Shown in pieces: positions 1 to 14,272 of a DNA stretch of 248,000 nucleotides. The stretch is from NCBI RefSeq assembly GCF_000400465.1, contig NW_008806282.1:20001-268000 (forward strand), written 5' to 3'. The notes below the pieces were generated by a model. The model was not told where the DNA came from. It saw only the letters and a program-made list of their open reading frames with translations, and did no database searches. The translations under genes were made by a program, and so were the position numbers. Position 1 is the first letter of the stretch. Each line of letters starts with the position of its first letter. The stretch comes from Wallemia ichthyophaga EXF-994 (taxonomy: Eukaryota; Fungi; Basidiomycota).

Positions 1-4
1 GGAA

Positions 5-319
5 TTGGGTACTGAGATTCAACCAATTCCTTCACAAATTGATAGATCGTTATACGTTGCACCAAACGCTAGTGATGACGATGGTCAAATTCAGCAATCT
101 CAACAACAACAAAAGGGTTTACCTACTTTACCACCAACTCAACAAGTCATGAACGCTTATTCACAACCACCACCTCAACCAACATTCAATCAATCGAATC
201 AAAATCACCAGTATCAACAACGTAGTAATCGTGGTGGATACAATAGTGGATATTATGGAGGATCTGGTTTTCGTGGCAGAGGTGGTGGACCACCACGTGG
301 AGGAGTTCCTAGAGCTTAG
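5..319 (+). CDS. 3' end of a Gln-rich/RGG-box protein (partial, begins before window)
   Basis: Open frame from window edge with polyQ and RGG repeats ending in TAG. Confidence 0.5.
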   Translation: MGTEIQPIPSQIDRSLYVAPNASDDDGQIQQSQQQQKGLPTLPPTQQVMNAYSQPPPQPTFNQSNQNHQYQQRSNRGGYNSGYYGGSGFRGRGGGPPRGGVPRA

Positions 320-1585
320 AACTTTCATTTTACAGTTAATCAGTTTATCTTTCCTTTATCTTTTCCTTATGTGAAATAGTTTACTCTTTCATTTCCTCCT
401 CATTTCTTACGTTTCAATTCACTTTATTGCTTATACTACTTGAAGCACTCAAATCGTAGTATAATCGATGGCTCACTACTTGACAAATATTATTGCCATT
501 TCCTCAAATCCACAATTCCTCAGTGTTGAATTAGTTTCTACCTTAAACTAAACACTAAATTAAGCACTTAACCAACCATCAAACCTTGAATAAATCTAAG
601 AAGCTTAAACGCAAAGAGTACATTATTAAGACGTTCAACTTTCCACCTCACCTCATTCCATTTACAAGCCGTCAGGACGGGATACTTTACACTTTCACAG
701 AATATTCTGAATTATCGTTAAGTTTAGATATCCTCAATAACTTAGGTGATGTGTTCAACAGACATCATGCGCATATCCAACACACCTCTACCTACACTCT
801 GTAAACGACTAACAAACTAACAAAAGGCCTTCCGTATACACACAATCAGCCGAGAAAAGTTTTTTTTTGTTCAATTTGATTTTGTAAGTTAAATGCACAA
901 ATCACATTGAAATAATGCGTTATGCTGGAAGTATTGGGGAATTATCAATATAATATCAAGTATACAATGAGAAGTAACTGAAGTGACTGTGAACTTGTTA
1001 GAAAATCGTATGTACTGTGTTATAAGACAACTAATACAGCTGATACGTGATCAGACGTTTAAGATATATTATCAGCATAGAGACGGTTCAAGTGAACCAA
1101 GTCAGAAAGCCATGCATATGAATCTTAATCATCATCTTGTATAGCTAGTAGCAATTACTTATAATCTATACTCACCTAGAGCTAATTGTCAGTGTATTCA
1201 ATTATGATGAGACCATGGCAAGACAGAGAATCAGTCTATCATTTAAGGACAGCAGTCCATCCACATAAGCCATGGAAAGGCGTTGGATAATACATGCGTT
1301 TAAAGCATCATTTTGACACGCTGCCACAGCCTCTCAAGTAATTCTACTCACAACGTAGTGGTTCAGGTTGAAGAGTTGAGGAATAAAATTTGGAAATCTC
1401 ATTTAAATAATAAAAAACATAAATTTATTACATCATTTGATTTTAATCACAATACTTGTTTCAAGAGGTAATTCTGCTTACTTGATGACTTTGTACTTTA
1501 GCTATTTGATTGAGTTATTTGGAGTTATACCTTAAAATTGAACTTGAGTTGGGGAAAAAGAACTACAGCATTTGAATTGAACCGC

Positions 1586-2952
1586 TTAGTCTGCTTTGTT
1601 TTGAGTGTAATCCTATTCAATACCATCATCAGACACCGAGAAAACCAACTTAAAACAAACTAACCTCCATCTCAGCGTCCAAGTCTTCAGCTGATTTGGC
1701 AACTCTCTTCTCTTGCTTTGGCTGATCGCTGCGCTTTTTGGTTGGTTTCCTAGTGAAACCGTGTTAATTGATCTGCTCCAACGACTGCCGGTATAATTGG
1801 ATTTATTAAAGAATTGAACATTAATGACAACCCCAACGTATCCAAATATAACAGTGCAACAACGTGAAAGACGAAACTCACTTGATAGCCTTCTTGGTCT
1901 TTGGCTTAACAGTGGTGACTGCCTCAGCAGGCTTTGGAGCTAATCTTTGAATTAATCCGCTCTTATCTGATGATTCAACGACTATTTCAATCTTGATTGG
2001 TCTGTCTGTTGATTTTATATTGAAGAAAAAGCGCTCGTCAGTCATTTTGTTCTAAATCAATGCAAGCACACATTATTTAGATAGTGTGGGGTGTGTTTTT
2101 CCCAGCAATGCATTGTAGACTCTAGCTGACTAACTGAAGCTTGAATCCCTTTCAACTAAGCTACTCAAAGTGGGCGTGATTAGGGTCATTGGCGAAGTAT
2201 CAAATGGGTTTGTCTCAACTGCCTATCCAATTGAGCTGACTGTCAGCCAATACCTGTCGCGCGTGATACTGAAGATCAAGTCGGTTAGCTAGACATTTGC
2301 GAGCTGAGTGTGGGATGATTCCGTCACTATACGCGTCACTCTGAGTCGCGTCGCGTCGCTCCAACCAGTCTAAGCGTCAGCGAGTCTGCTCAGTATGAGC
2401 TTATGACGAGTAATGCTAGAAACATGCTCAGTCATTGCAAGTATCGTACATACTCACACAACTATCTAAATAATGTGTACTATGAAAAGGTAAGACTAAC
2501 TGTTGTCAATGACGCGACCATTAAACTCCTTAAAAGCCTTGTTGCCATCACCTTTTCTCTTAAATCTAACTTGACCAAAGCCCTTCGAGGTTCCTCTTTG
2601 GTCGTAGCTGATGCTGCACTCAGCTACTGGTCCCACAGTTTCAGTCATCAATTCCTAAAGCGGTGTGAGTAACAAATATAAGTTATTGAATCTTGCTCAC
2701 CTTAAGCGCGTGGTCATTAACGTCTGGTGGGAGGTTGGAGATGATGATCTTCTTAGCCTCCTCATTGAGTGCAGCACCATCCTTGGTCCTTGGAATGACA
2801 CGATCAGCAACAGGCTTAGCGCCTTGAGCCATACGCTTCGATTCACCCTGTTTAGCGCCGCTGAGACGCTTGCGCTGAGTGGTTTTGCGATGGCTTTTGC
2901 GTTCTTGACGCTTAGCCTTAATAACGTCTTCGAGTGGCTGGTCAATGTTCAT
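1586..2952 (-). CDS. YRA1: mRNA export adaptor Yra1/ALYREF (RRM flanked by UAP56-binding motifs), multi-exon
   Basis: MNIDQPLEDVIK N-terminus, RRM (IIISNLPPDV; YDQRGTSKGFGQVRF), C-terminal KSAEDLDAEMEDY after splicing. Confidence 0.85.
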
Positions 2953-3512
2953 AGAGGACTTGGTGGAGTGAGAATTGAGTGAGAAATTTAATTTAATTTG
3001 CTCACCATATTTATTGATAAATCGTGGTGGTTGTGGATCAAGATGTAAATTTATTTTAAATTTAATCTTTAACGCGAACGACAATGATTGCGATGAACGA
3101 AAATCTATTTGAAATGGCTAAATTTGATAAACTTGAATTATTACGGGAGATAGACGATGCTGAATATCTCGACTCCCTGCACGATTCAAGTTGAGATGCA
3201 GCACTCTTGTGTTGCGCGCTGACGCTGACGGATATTCTCATGATAGATATCTCGCTAAGATTGCAAAAAATCTGCTTGCTGTTTAATTGCTGGTTAAATA
3301 CTCGTAAGAAGTTTGAAACAGCGAGATTTCATCAGGAGATAAACGACGGCATCAAGGATATTGAGCTTGAGCATCTTAAGCAGGGTGATACAAATACTAA
3401 TATATATTTATAATTACAACTAACTCTTAACTCCCTTTTCAGAGCGCGAGATGAACAGACTAGCCATCTTTGCCAGTCAAATCGAATCCGCTACAAACAG
3501 CGATTAATTTGT

Positions 3513-4748
3513 TTACGCAAATAAATGATGTGGCGCCGATGGCACTGTCTTTTGCTCCCTAGACTGTGTCGTTGAAATATCCGCAAGTAATGATCCTCCC
3601 TTGCCTTTACGCTTACCACGCCTCATCACTCCTCGTCTAGTAAACGAAAGTCCTTTGAATCTATAATGCTGTATTTATTCGTTAGTTGATGTATTTCCAA
3701 CTTTATTATCCCTTCTCACCTTCTTGTTCATATAGTAAAACAACACGCAATCTTGTACCGTTTTTCCAGGGATTTTTTCGGCTATCTCCGCGAATGATTT
3801 GGGTGTATCGACGTATGCTTTTAAGAAAACCTCCTTTTCCTCCTCACTCCAGGCTAGTGATTCGTAACTACGCTCATAATACCTTGTTGGGTCAAATATC
3901 CGCGCATTAGCGTCATTGTATGAGCAAGCCCATCTATCAATTGAAGTGACTTCTTGATTGGGTATATTAGCTTGAGTTCTGACTGCTCTGATCTTTGGAT
4001 CTCTCTTGTTCACTGTTTGTAGTCTTTGCAACATCTGATTCAAAAATTTTTCATTCTCCATTTCCTCCATATCGTTTTCATTGACGAGATGCATTGGCTC
4101 AGCATCTTGTGTCGCTTTCTCTATTATCGAACTTGAATCTGTTGCTTCCATGTCGGTGGATTCAACCGGTGGTGTTGCTTCTGCAACTACATGTTGAGGT
4201 ACAGCCGAAACAGGCTTACGGGACATATTTGCATTACGTCTATTTGTTAATTCAACATGCTCAACAGCTTCACCTCTTCTAGAACGCTTCTTCATTATAT
4301 GCTGTTGTTCTGCCTTTACTTTTACACCTCTCTCACAACTAGCTTCCCAATCAACTTGTAATGCTGCGTAATCATCGTTCAATCCCTCAATCTTTTGACT
4401 TCTGGCCTGATTTCTAAATATCATATACTCTCTCACCTTATCCTTGATTTGATCGTGCTGTTGCAAGACTTGAGATGTAAGCGAGTGAAACGTTTCAAGA
4501 TTACTATCTGTGTACTGTAATTCAAGCATTTCAACTGGCCTATCATTGACTTGCTCATTATTGAATTCCAAAGTCGGGTCTGGTGGATCGAATGATATCC
4601 CCTTGAGCTGCCTATCTTTCACCGTGTAGTTGACGAGTTGATCCAGATCATATAAAGGTGTTCCATCCGGTGCATCGGCTTCTACTCGTGCGCTTTGCCT
4701 CAATCCTGACACTGTGTGTGGATTTAACAGCGTCGGGTTTCGCATCAT
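3513..4748 (-). CDS. SANT/Myb-domain protein, Snt1/NCoR-like
   Basis: WSEEEKEVFLKAYVDTPKSFAEIAEKIPGKTVQDCVLFYY SANT domain. Confidence 0.7.
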
Positions 4749-5545
4749 GATCGTCTTGTCTGAAGTTGCAATCGACGAGCAGGATTGGTACAATTGAAAA
4801 ATGAAAATTATATTTCGTGTTCGTAGCATAGTGTCCGGTAAGAAATGGTATTGACACACGCCATCTACCCCGTAATCTAATTACCGTGGGGCTAGACGGT
4901 AATGGCATGGAGACAAACTTGGAATTAAATAGGTATGGGGGTTTTTTGGCAGTGGCGGTTTAGCTATTAGCTATTTAAACTGCTTTTAATCCCCTTGTAG
5001 AGGAGAGGGAAAAATTTAACCCAAGTGTGAAACGAGCAATTAAGAAAGGAGGATGTAAGAAACGATAGCCAGATTGATCATAACAAGCGATAGATCATCT
5101 AAGAAAGCTTATATTACGTGTTATTTATCTACAATGCCAAAGTACGCCAAATGTATATTTATCCCTGCACAAGGATAACAAACATGTTTCAAACATCAAT
5201 GAAAGCAGCACTGAATTACTTCAGTTGATATATGTTACTTGCTAGGATTGGCCGTGTGGCAGCCAATCACATAAGCATGTAGAGAGAGGAGAGAGTGAGG
5301 TTGAAGCGAGTGTATTTATAGTTCCGCGTTTATTCTAAACTCTACTAGCGTCTAATATCTCTATTCCCCCTCAGACATAAATTTCGGTAGCAAACCAGGC
5401 CAGTTGAAAAGTGTGCAGACTTTGAATATAGTGATGGTACAAAAATTAGCTAACTTGTAATCCACTTAAACGCAATATCGGTCTTTTCGAGCGGTTGGAC
5501 TCCGCATCGCTCCTCTCAACTCCTTGCTAATTACCATCATCACCA

Positions 5546-6426
<881 letters not shown>

Positions 6427-6736
6427 GGTCGAAAAGGTTTAGCAAGTGGCTATATTTCATAAAGATAATCTTAAGCATTCTTCTCCCATCCATACACACT
6501 CTTATAAACTGATTGCTTATTTGACTTTTTCATCGTGAGGTGATGTGTGTGTGGAGTTTGTGTGAGCGTGTCGTTTAAAATCCCACTTAGGGTGCACTTA
6601 AATCAATTTTGTACCGACTAAAGCCATGCCTTCAAGGCTTCACGCCTTCACGCGTCCACTTGTACACTTACAGCCAAAGTCAATACGCGAAATCTAAATA
6701 AATCAAAAACATCTTCTTGTTTAACGTGGTTATGAC

Positions 6737-8976
6737 AGTGAGCTTGCTAGCACGTGAATATCTGTTTATTCGCTGACGAAATCAAGTGGGAATTTCAGGT
6801 CTAATCCCAACACTCAAGGATGCCTCAAAGCCCAAGCATATCTCAGAATACAAAGGTCAGACTTTGGCTATAGACGCTTATGTTCTGTTACATCGTGGCG
6901 CGTTCAGCTGTCCAGCTGAAATTGTCAAAGCTGGTCTAATTACCGATATCAATCAGCGTAATCTTGAATTATCAAAGTTATCAACCAAATTTCTCAATTA
7001 TTCCATTTTCCAGATAAAAGCAATGATTGCTATCAAGGTTAAACCCTACGTTGTCTTTGATGGTGGTCCACTTGGTGCTAAACTCTACACTGAATCCAGC
7101 AGGGACAAGTGAGTGGGGCAAGTACTTTGAAGCACCTCTTCTGACACTATGAAAGCTCTCGTGCAAAGAACCTCGATATTGCACTCAGGTTAGAGGCTCA
7201 GGGTAAAAAAACACAAGCTAGACAAGCGTTTAGCAAATGTGTAGATATTACGCCTCGTATGGCATACGAGTTAATTAAAGTGTGTCAGCCTTTTTCCCCT
7301 TCTCTCAATTAACCCACGACCTAAGGTGCTTCGTTCATTGAGAGTCGACTATGTTGTGGCTCCTTATGAAGCAGATGCGCAAATGTATCACCTAGAGAGA
7401 ATCAGCTTAGTAGATGGAATCATTACGGAGGATTCTGATTTGCTCGTTTTTGGTGCCAGAAAAGTTGGTTTTCTACCTCGCTTATTTTCCTTCATCTCAA
7501 AGTCACTTCTCAGGTCATCTTCAAGCTCAAGCAGGACGGCAGCTGTGACGAGATTTCTAGAGATAGATTTGGCTTGGTTCGTCTCGATGGTATCCCGCTT
7601 TGTTCAGGACAATGGACGGATGTCCACTTCCGTCGTATGGCCATGTTGAGTGGATGTGATTATCGTTAGTTGTTGCTCATCCTCTCTAATGCAATCATGC
7701 TCACGCAATACAGTCAAAAGTCTACCAGGTGTAGGATTAAAGAAGGCTTTTGATGCCGTTAGACGCGGCGGTGAAACTTTTGATATGTTGACACTCTACT
7801 TTCATCATCATTATGAAAATAAAGGAAAGAAGATACCCACTGACTACTGGTATAAGTTCAGGCTTGCAGATCTTGCCTTCATGCATCAAAGAATTTGGTG
7901 TCCGATTGAACGGAAAATCAAGCCACTAAATCCACTCCCTGTTGACTTTGCTCATAATGAAGAAATTAATGATTGGATTGGTTGTGATATGCCTGATGAA
8001 GTTGCTGAAGCTATTGCAAATGGCAACTTATGTCCAATCACCAATGAAGAGTTTGCAAATGAAGCCATTGCAACAAGACCTAAAGCTATGACAGCTAGAA
8101 ATACAATCAACGATAAAGTAGCACCTCAGAAATCATTATTTGATTTTTTTAACAAGAGTAGGTAGATATCATCAATAAGCGATCTCAATTGATTTGATAG
8201 AACCGACAGGTACCGGTAACAATAGTGGAAGAAAGTCGTTTGCGGGGGTCATTAGTGAGCGTAAAACTCCAAAGCACAATACATCAGCAGGTAGTAACCA
8301 TACGAAACAAAATCAGAAGGAAAATGTCTCCTCACCCTACTTTAGTGCCATAGCTAGCACATCTCAGCCAATAAAGAGGAAGTCTAATAAAGTAGAGATC
8401 CCACGCACTTTGAAACATGTATCGCCTGAACAACCACAACCAACCAACAACATCAGCTTCAGTTCGCCAACAGCAGCGTCTGATGAGCTGATATCATCTC
8501 CTGTCTCAGTTGACGTTTGTAAGGACGAAAAAAAAATATCGATTGAGGATGAGGAGGAAGAGGTCTTTGAGGAGTTTGATACGCCATCAAGAAAGGAAAA
8601 CATCAAGAAGGCTAAATTATCAATAGAAGCAACTCCAAGCCCAACTCAAAGACTGAAGCAACAGATCGAAATGAATGACAATATCAAGACTGGAGATGAT
8701 TGTCTTGATTCAGATGATGATTGTCAAATAATAACAGATAGCTCAATGAGGTCGAATGATACAATCACCAAAAGTTGGTGGGAGAGATTCTCATATAAAA
8801 CTACGCAATCACAATCAACTACAACTTCAACATCGATACCTTCTTCCCCACCAGCTGAAGAAAGAACACAATCAACACCATTCTCATCATTTTCTGTTGA
8901 TTCTCAACCTGAAAATGCTCCAGTTAAGTCAAAGTCGTCAATCAAGTTACTCAACTTTGCATACACTCGTCAATGA
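6737..8976 (+). CDS. EXO1: Exonuclease 1 (XPG/Rad2 family)
   Basis: [20 protein letters not shown] domain, [21 protein letters not shown] domain; ATG split by intron 6738-6786. Confidence 0.9.
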
Positions 8977-9505
8977 ATTATATTATATTTAAGCATAAGG
9001 ACAATTGTATCACATTATACGTTAAATTACTCAGCACTGTTTTGATTTTGACGTCATTATGTCTCTTTGAATTGAATTTTAAATTATATGGGCCGTTGAA
9101 CTGCTGCTATTTTAATGAAGCTGTGACCTTTTTAAATTTCTGTAATTTAAGTTGTTATACTGTGTGCACTCCTTTACTACCAACAGAGTATTGTGTGCGC
9201 CTGGTCTTCATCCGAAGCGTTTCTCCCGGTAGCCGTATTTCTTCACAGAAGTCGAACAGAGGCATAAACTAGTGTATATCTGTGTATTATCTACATTCTG
9301 CATTCATGCTTGTTCTCCTTTCTTCCTTGAATTCTCTTGTAGAACTTCCTAGAGTTTTGTAGCTTCGTCAAAGATTTTAACCTCGCGTAATATAAAAGGT
9401 GAGCTCGTTTGTCCCGCTTTAATTGATACATTAAAATTTTCACCCATCCCGGAACCCATCTTAAGAGTTTCGCTGAATTAGGTTTACGCTTCACTACCAA
9501 CAACC

Positions 9506-11845
9506 ATGATAAACAAATTAAACTCAATATTTACGATCGTTATACTTCTAGCGCTCTGTCCAGCATCCATGTGCTTCGGCTCTGGTGATATTTCCGAAAT
9601 ATCCGGTCTAGAGGTAAGGTTCAGTTTGTTTGACATTGGTTCAGAATGCTAAAACAGAGCGTAGGACCGCGCCTACAGACATGGAGATATCGATAATACG
9701 CTACTTGAATTGCTTTTTACCGTAGGCTCAAGCAGCGTGATCAAATCATTCCTCAAGAAAGCTTTCACTGGTTCATCTGGGAAAAAGTTTGACGTAAAGA
9801 ATGTCAAAAGAGTCTACTTTGGTAACTGGACAAGGGACCTCAGTCAAGCAATGGACGTATCTACCTTGACCAAGTTCAGTCCATCTACAATCACCTCCAT
9901 TGTTGCGGTCCTTGGCTTTCTTTCGTTCGGCTATGGCTCAAGAGAATTTGAAGTAAATGAGGAAATCTTGGGATGCTACAGACCTGAAGAGCATATTGAC
10001 AATCCAAAGAACTACGCAGATGCACCAGAAGGCTCTCCAAGAGAGATAACCGGCTATGATAAATTGCGTGGCGGGCTCGTTGACGGTGAATTAGACTTTG
10101 ACGAAAGGACAGGAATGAAAAACTACATAGCTAATGAAGACGGTGATTGGGACACTAGTTCAGAATATATCCGCAAAAATCTAATCGAATCCATCGAGCT
10201 CGGCAGAGAGGCGAGAAACGGTGGTACTGATGAGCAAATGTGGCATGCTTTGTATTTGCTTGGCAGAGCACTTCATTGCGTCGAAGACTGGCCAGCACAT
10301 TCAAACACAATCGAAGTCACCCTGCAATCACTGGGCTACTCAGATGTTTTCACTCACGTCGGAAGCAATGTAAGGGTTGAAGCACCCGACGGAAGAATGG
10401 TATCGCCAATCGTCACAGGAACATTTGGAGGTGCAGACTTCCTCCATTCCCTCCTTGGTGAGGCTACCGACAAGCTAAGCAGTCAAGGAATAGGTGATTT
10501 GAGTACGACTCTGTCTCAAAACAGGGAAAGCAATAACTCAGACCGGTTCAGAAAACTATTAGCTATGCTGCTCAAGTCCAAAGATAAGGGGGAAGCTGAT
10601 AATGACGATGAGGAAGGCCACCCTAGTGCTGATGACACAGTCAACAAACTGGATGACATCAGTCGTCACACGCATGAGGACTCTATTGATGAGAGTGAAG
10701 TTCGCGATATAATTAGGCAACTAATTAACATTCACGACGATATTGCAAGAACCATTGATGCAGTTATCGAGAAAGTACCCTTCATAAGCGATATACTGGA
10801 TGAGGCTTCTAATACACTGCAAGTTTTTATATTTTCCACTTTAGAACCTGTTCTCTCGCCTATTTTAAAGGATTTAAAGGACGTGATGTTCGAAGCCTCA
10901 GCTTGCGTAGTCGATGACGACTCTCAGCGTGAGGTCTTTGATGATCCCGACGCAAGCGACCCAACTCACTCGATGCTTGCAAAGGACCACTTTGGAAACG
11001 TACTTAACGCGCCTGCTGGTAGACTGGCGAAGTTGATGATCACCCACATTGTCAATGCTGTAGTTAAGGATGGCTGGGATGGGGAAGCGTAAGTGTCGCT
11101 GCAATTTTCACACCAGTGCTGACGCGCTATGCATAGGGACCCTAGCTCAATCGCCGATGAAGCTCTTCAAGCTCTCCATCATCCAGATTTTCAAAATGGT
11201 TCTGCTATTCAGGAAGATATGATGCAATTCGTCAAAGATTGGATTGAGTCTCAAGGAGAAGAAAAAGATGAAGTCCTGCGTAGATTGGAGAGAGACAGCG
11301 TTCTCGAACATCGCAATACAACTGATGGACTAAGTGGTGGGTCAATGAACCCAACTGATCAGGAGAAATACGGCAAATACTATGGTGCCAGTCAGGGTCT
11401 TCAAGGTCTTGCTGCGTCTGGGGCCCTGGATGGACTTCCTGGAGGCGAGCAGCTGAGTGAAGGTCTTACCGCCTTGCAACTTGGTGGTGGTGACACGAAT
11501 GAGTCTGTCGAACGCTCAAGATACGGCAGTAACAACCCAGCTCAGTACCGATCAAGCCACGAGGATAGTGGTGAGTATGCTAACGAGAGCTATGGCTCTG
11601 GCTTCAACTCAGGAAATGAATATCGTTCTGGAAACCATTATCAATATACTGGCTATGGAGGTCAGCAATCTCCTTACGGTGGTGGCGGATTACAGCCTAA
11701 CTACGGCAACAGCGGCTACGGTGGTCCACAAGCTTATGGTAACCCTGCTTACCCGGCATACCCAAACCAGCAATATGGCTACGGTTATACTGGTCAAGAG
11801 TACGGTAATGCGTACGGACAAGATTCAAACTATTACACTCAATAA
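9506..11845 (+). CDS. Het-C domain protein (copy 1), signal peptide and G/Y/Q/N-rich tail
   Basis: MINKLNSIFTIVILLALCPASMCFGSG leader, YRHGDI, YFGNWTRDLSQA, YRPEEHIDNPKNY, LAKDHF motifs. Confidence 0.85.
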
Positions 11846-12144
11846 TACCTGCTGAATTGACAAATATATCTTGATGACGTCTACGATTTACTTTCTTCGA
11901 CAGATGAATGATTTGCTTTTACAATTCTCCTTATCAGTGTTGTCATATTGCACTTTAATGTCGGCTTTAAAGGCTATATAAAGCCAGTATCATCTCACAT
12001 CCGACTGGTCGACGTCATAGCTGTGATAAGGTGGTATGATGAAAGTGATTGTCATAATAGCACGTTGCTTTCTAACCGAATTTGACCATCTTAACTTTAC
12101 ATCTTTGCTCTAATCTTCCCAAAATATCATCACTTATACCTCTT

Positions 12145-14145
12145 ATGGCATTATCTTTGAAGGAGATCGTTGCTGAAAAAACGAGTCTTGCCAAAGAAGC
12201 CATGGAGGCTAATCAAACGCTGGGCGATAAGCCAGCTTCGGCAAACTTGGAGAGATCTACGCTGTAAACAGACTCATCTCGGGAAGGCTCTGGAGATACG
12301 ATGCCACCGCCTGATAAAAGTTTATTATCTCTTCTTCAGCAGCAAAAACAAGTGATGGCATCCAATAGCAATAAATACGATGCTAATAGTATGACCGGGA
12401 CATCTATTCATCCCCGCTCTAGATTTTATAACAACTATAGGCAGTAATTGCAGGGCTACAACCAGTCGAATAACATTTATCAATCGACAGAAGAAAGTCA
12501 ATTTGACGCATACATTCAGCAGTTGCCATGTTTCGTAGCACCAGAGAATTATGTTAAGGCGAAATGGGAACAGACCCTGTCTATATCAAAAATTTGCGCA
12601 CTTTATTTATTGAAGAAATCAGCTAAAAGTTTGCACAATCTTCCAGCCCAGAAATGAGAGAGACGGAAGTCAACAGTGATTTCACCGCTCCGGCAACTAG
12701 CACCGCGAGACCAAGTCTTATATACCAGAGTCCAAATTACTATACACTGTGGAAGACAACTACTCAAGCTCTTTGTGGACAGCTTGACATGAAGTCAAGT
12801 GTTGAAGAATTGCTGCAGGGCGTGAACCTCAAACCATCGGCCTCTGAGGAGGTATACTTTACCCAGATTGAAGGTGATATGTGTAATGACAAGGACAATA
12901 AGATGAGCACAGACGAGATGACTAAGTCTGAAATTGTTCCTGACGCGGAAGCGCAAGATGAAGACAAACAAATGGAAAAAATTAAAGTTGACTCAGGTGA
13001 AAATCAAGCTGCAAAGAAGAACCAAATGATAGTAGCGACTCTGAGAAAACATTAAGGGACAATAAACACTTTTAAGACCAGTCAAGTGAGGATGTGAAGC
13101 CTGACGTGAAGCCTTGCAGTACAGAACTCGAACAAGAACACAGCAAAGAAGCAGAAAACATACTGAGATCACTACGCATTCTTATTTTTACTCAACATCC
13201 ACCTAACGAGAAGACAACAATGAAATGCTTTGGAAATTTTGAGAACTGGTCCGTTTCTTTAACCACTCAACAACTTATTTAACATTAGAACAGTATCGCA
13301 ATCAACAGCTTTTCTAAAAATAAAGAGATATTCCACATTACTAACGCGCTGGTAATTATGGGAACATTAGCTGATATTTATGGATCATTTGGTCAGATTG
13401 GCATTAGCTTGCTCACTACAGTTGTATTTGATGACGTGAGTCTTATTTGAGCAAGCACCGGATTTACTGACAAAACCAGCTCGTCAATAATGACGAATGG
13501 CAAGAAACACTCTCAGCTGTCGCACGCAGAATAGAAGAAAAATAATCAACCTCAATACAAGTTATTGTTTGCTCTAGCTTTTTTTTTTCACTCGAATTGG
13601 TACAAGATATGGTTTCGGAAGTACCATTAACGGTACTTGGATAAATCAAACCAATGGTCCTTAGAGGTGTTGACGATTTTCTTTTCGAAAGACACTTAGC
13701 TCCTGACGATAATATTGAAAAAGACTTGGCGGAATTATCTGAAACATCACCATTCATAGTGTACTGCGCTTTTGACAAGCACGCTGAGAAACAATATGAA
13801 AAAATCAAGCCATTGCAGAGTTCATCCTGCCTGGTGAAAAAGCACATACTGGAAGATACTCAGCTTATTGAGGAGTTTAATCGTGGCGAGAAGAAGATAC
13901 TGATAACTACGTCGATAATGTCAAGATCCAAGGCAGTGGAAGAATCACCGCTAGTCATCGTTCAATCGGCTCCGCATAACCTGGAACAGTATTCGAATAT
14001 CGTTGGGAGGCCAATATTCTCTAATCACAAAGTCAAATGCATCATAGTTTCTAGTTCAGAAAAGGAGACAAACATTATAAAGACTTACAGGCAGAATTTT
14101 CAACTATTACTGAGCATTCCGAATGATTGCAAGTATCTTTACTAA
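12145..14145 (+). CDS. Highly degenerate DEAD-box (Dbp5-like) helicase-fold protein
   Basis: Motif remnants: ELLQGV..KPSASEE, VIMGT, VVFDD in place of DEAD, IEEFNRGEKKILITTSIMSR; no HRIGRTGR. Confidence 0.5.
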
Positions 14146-14272
14146 GTCACCATCTCTCGATAACACTCAATATTATGAAATTATATCACTATTCACCTCT
14201 GACTAGTCACGCAAATTGTAATTGCAGGAGCATACTTATGAAGTTCATGAATGTCAAAGAAAATTATCAAAT

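Noticed and set aside
330-1580. Gene-poor stretches here and at 76500-77050, 100700-101900, 105300-106560, 205550-206550, 229450-231100
   Set aside because: Inspected for tRNA/snRNA/snoRNA or transposon hallmarks and found none I can support; small multi-exon genes may exist but could not be modelled reliably
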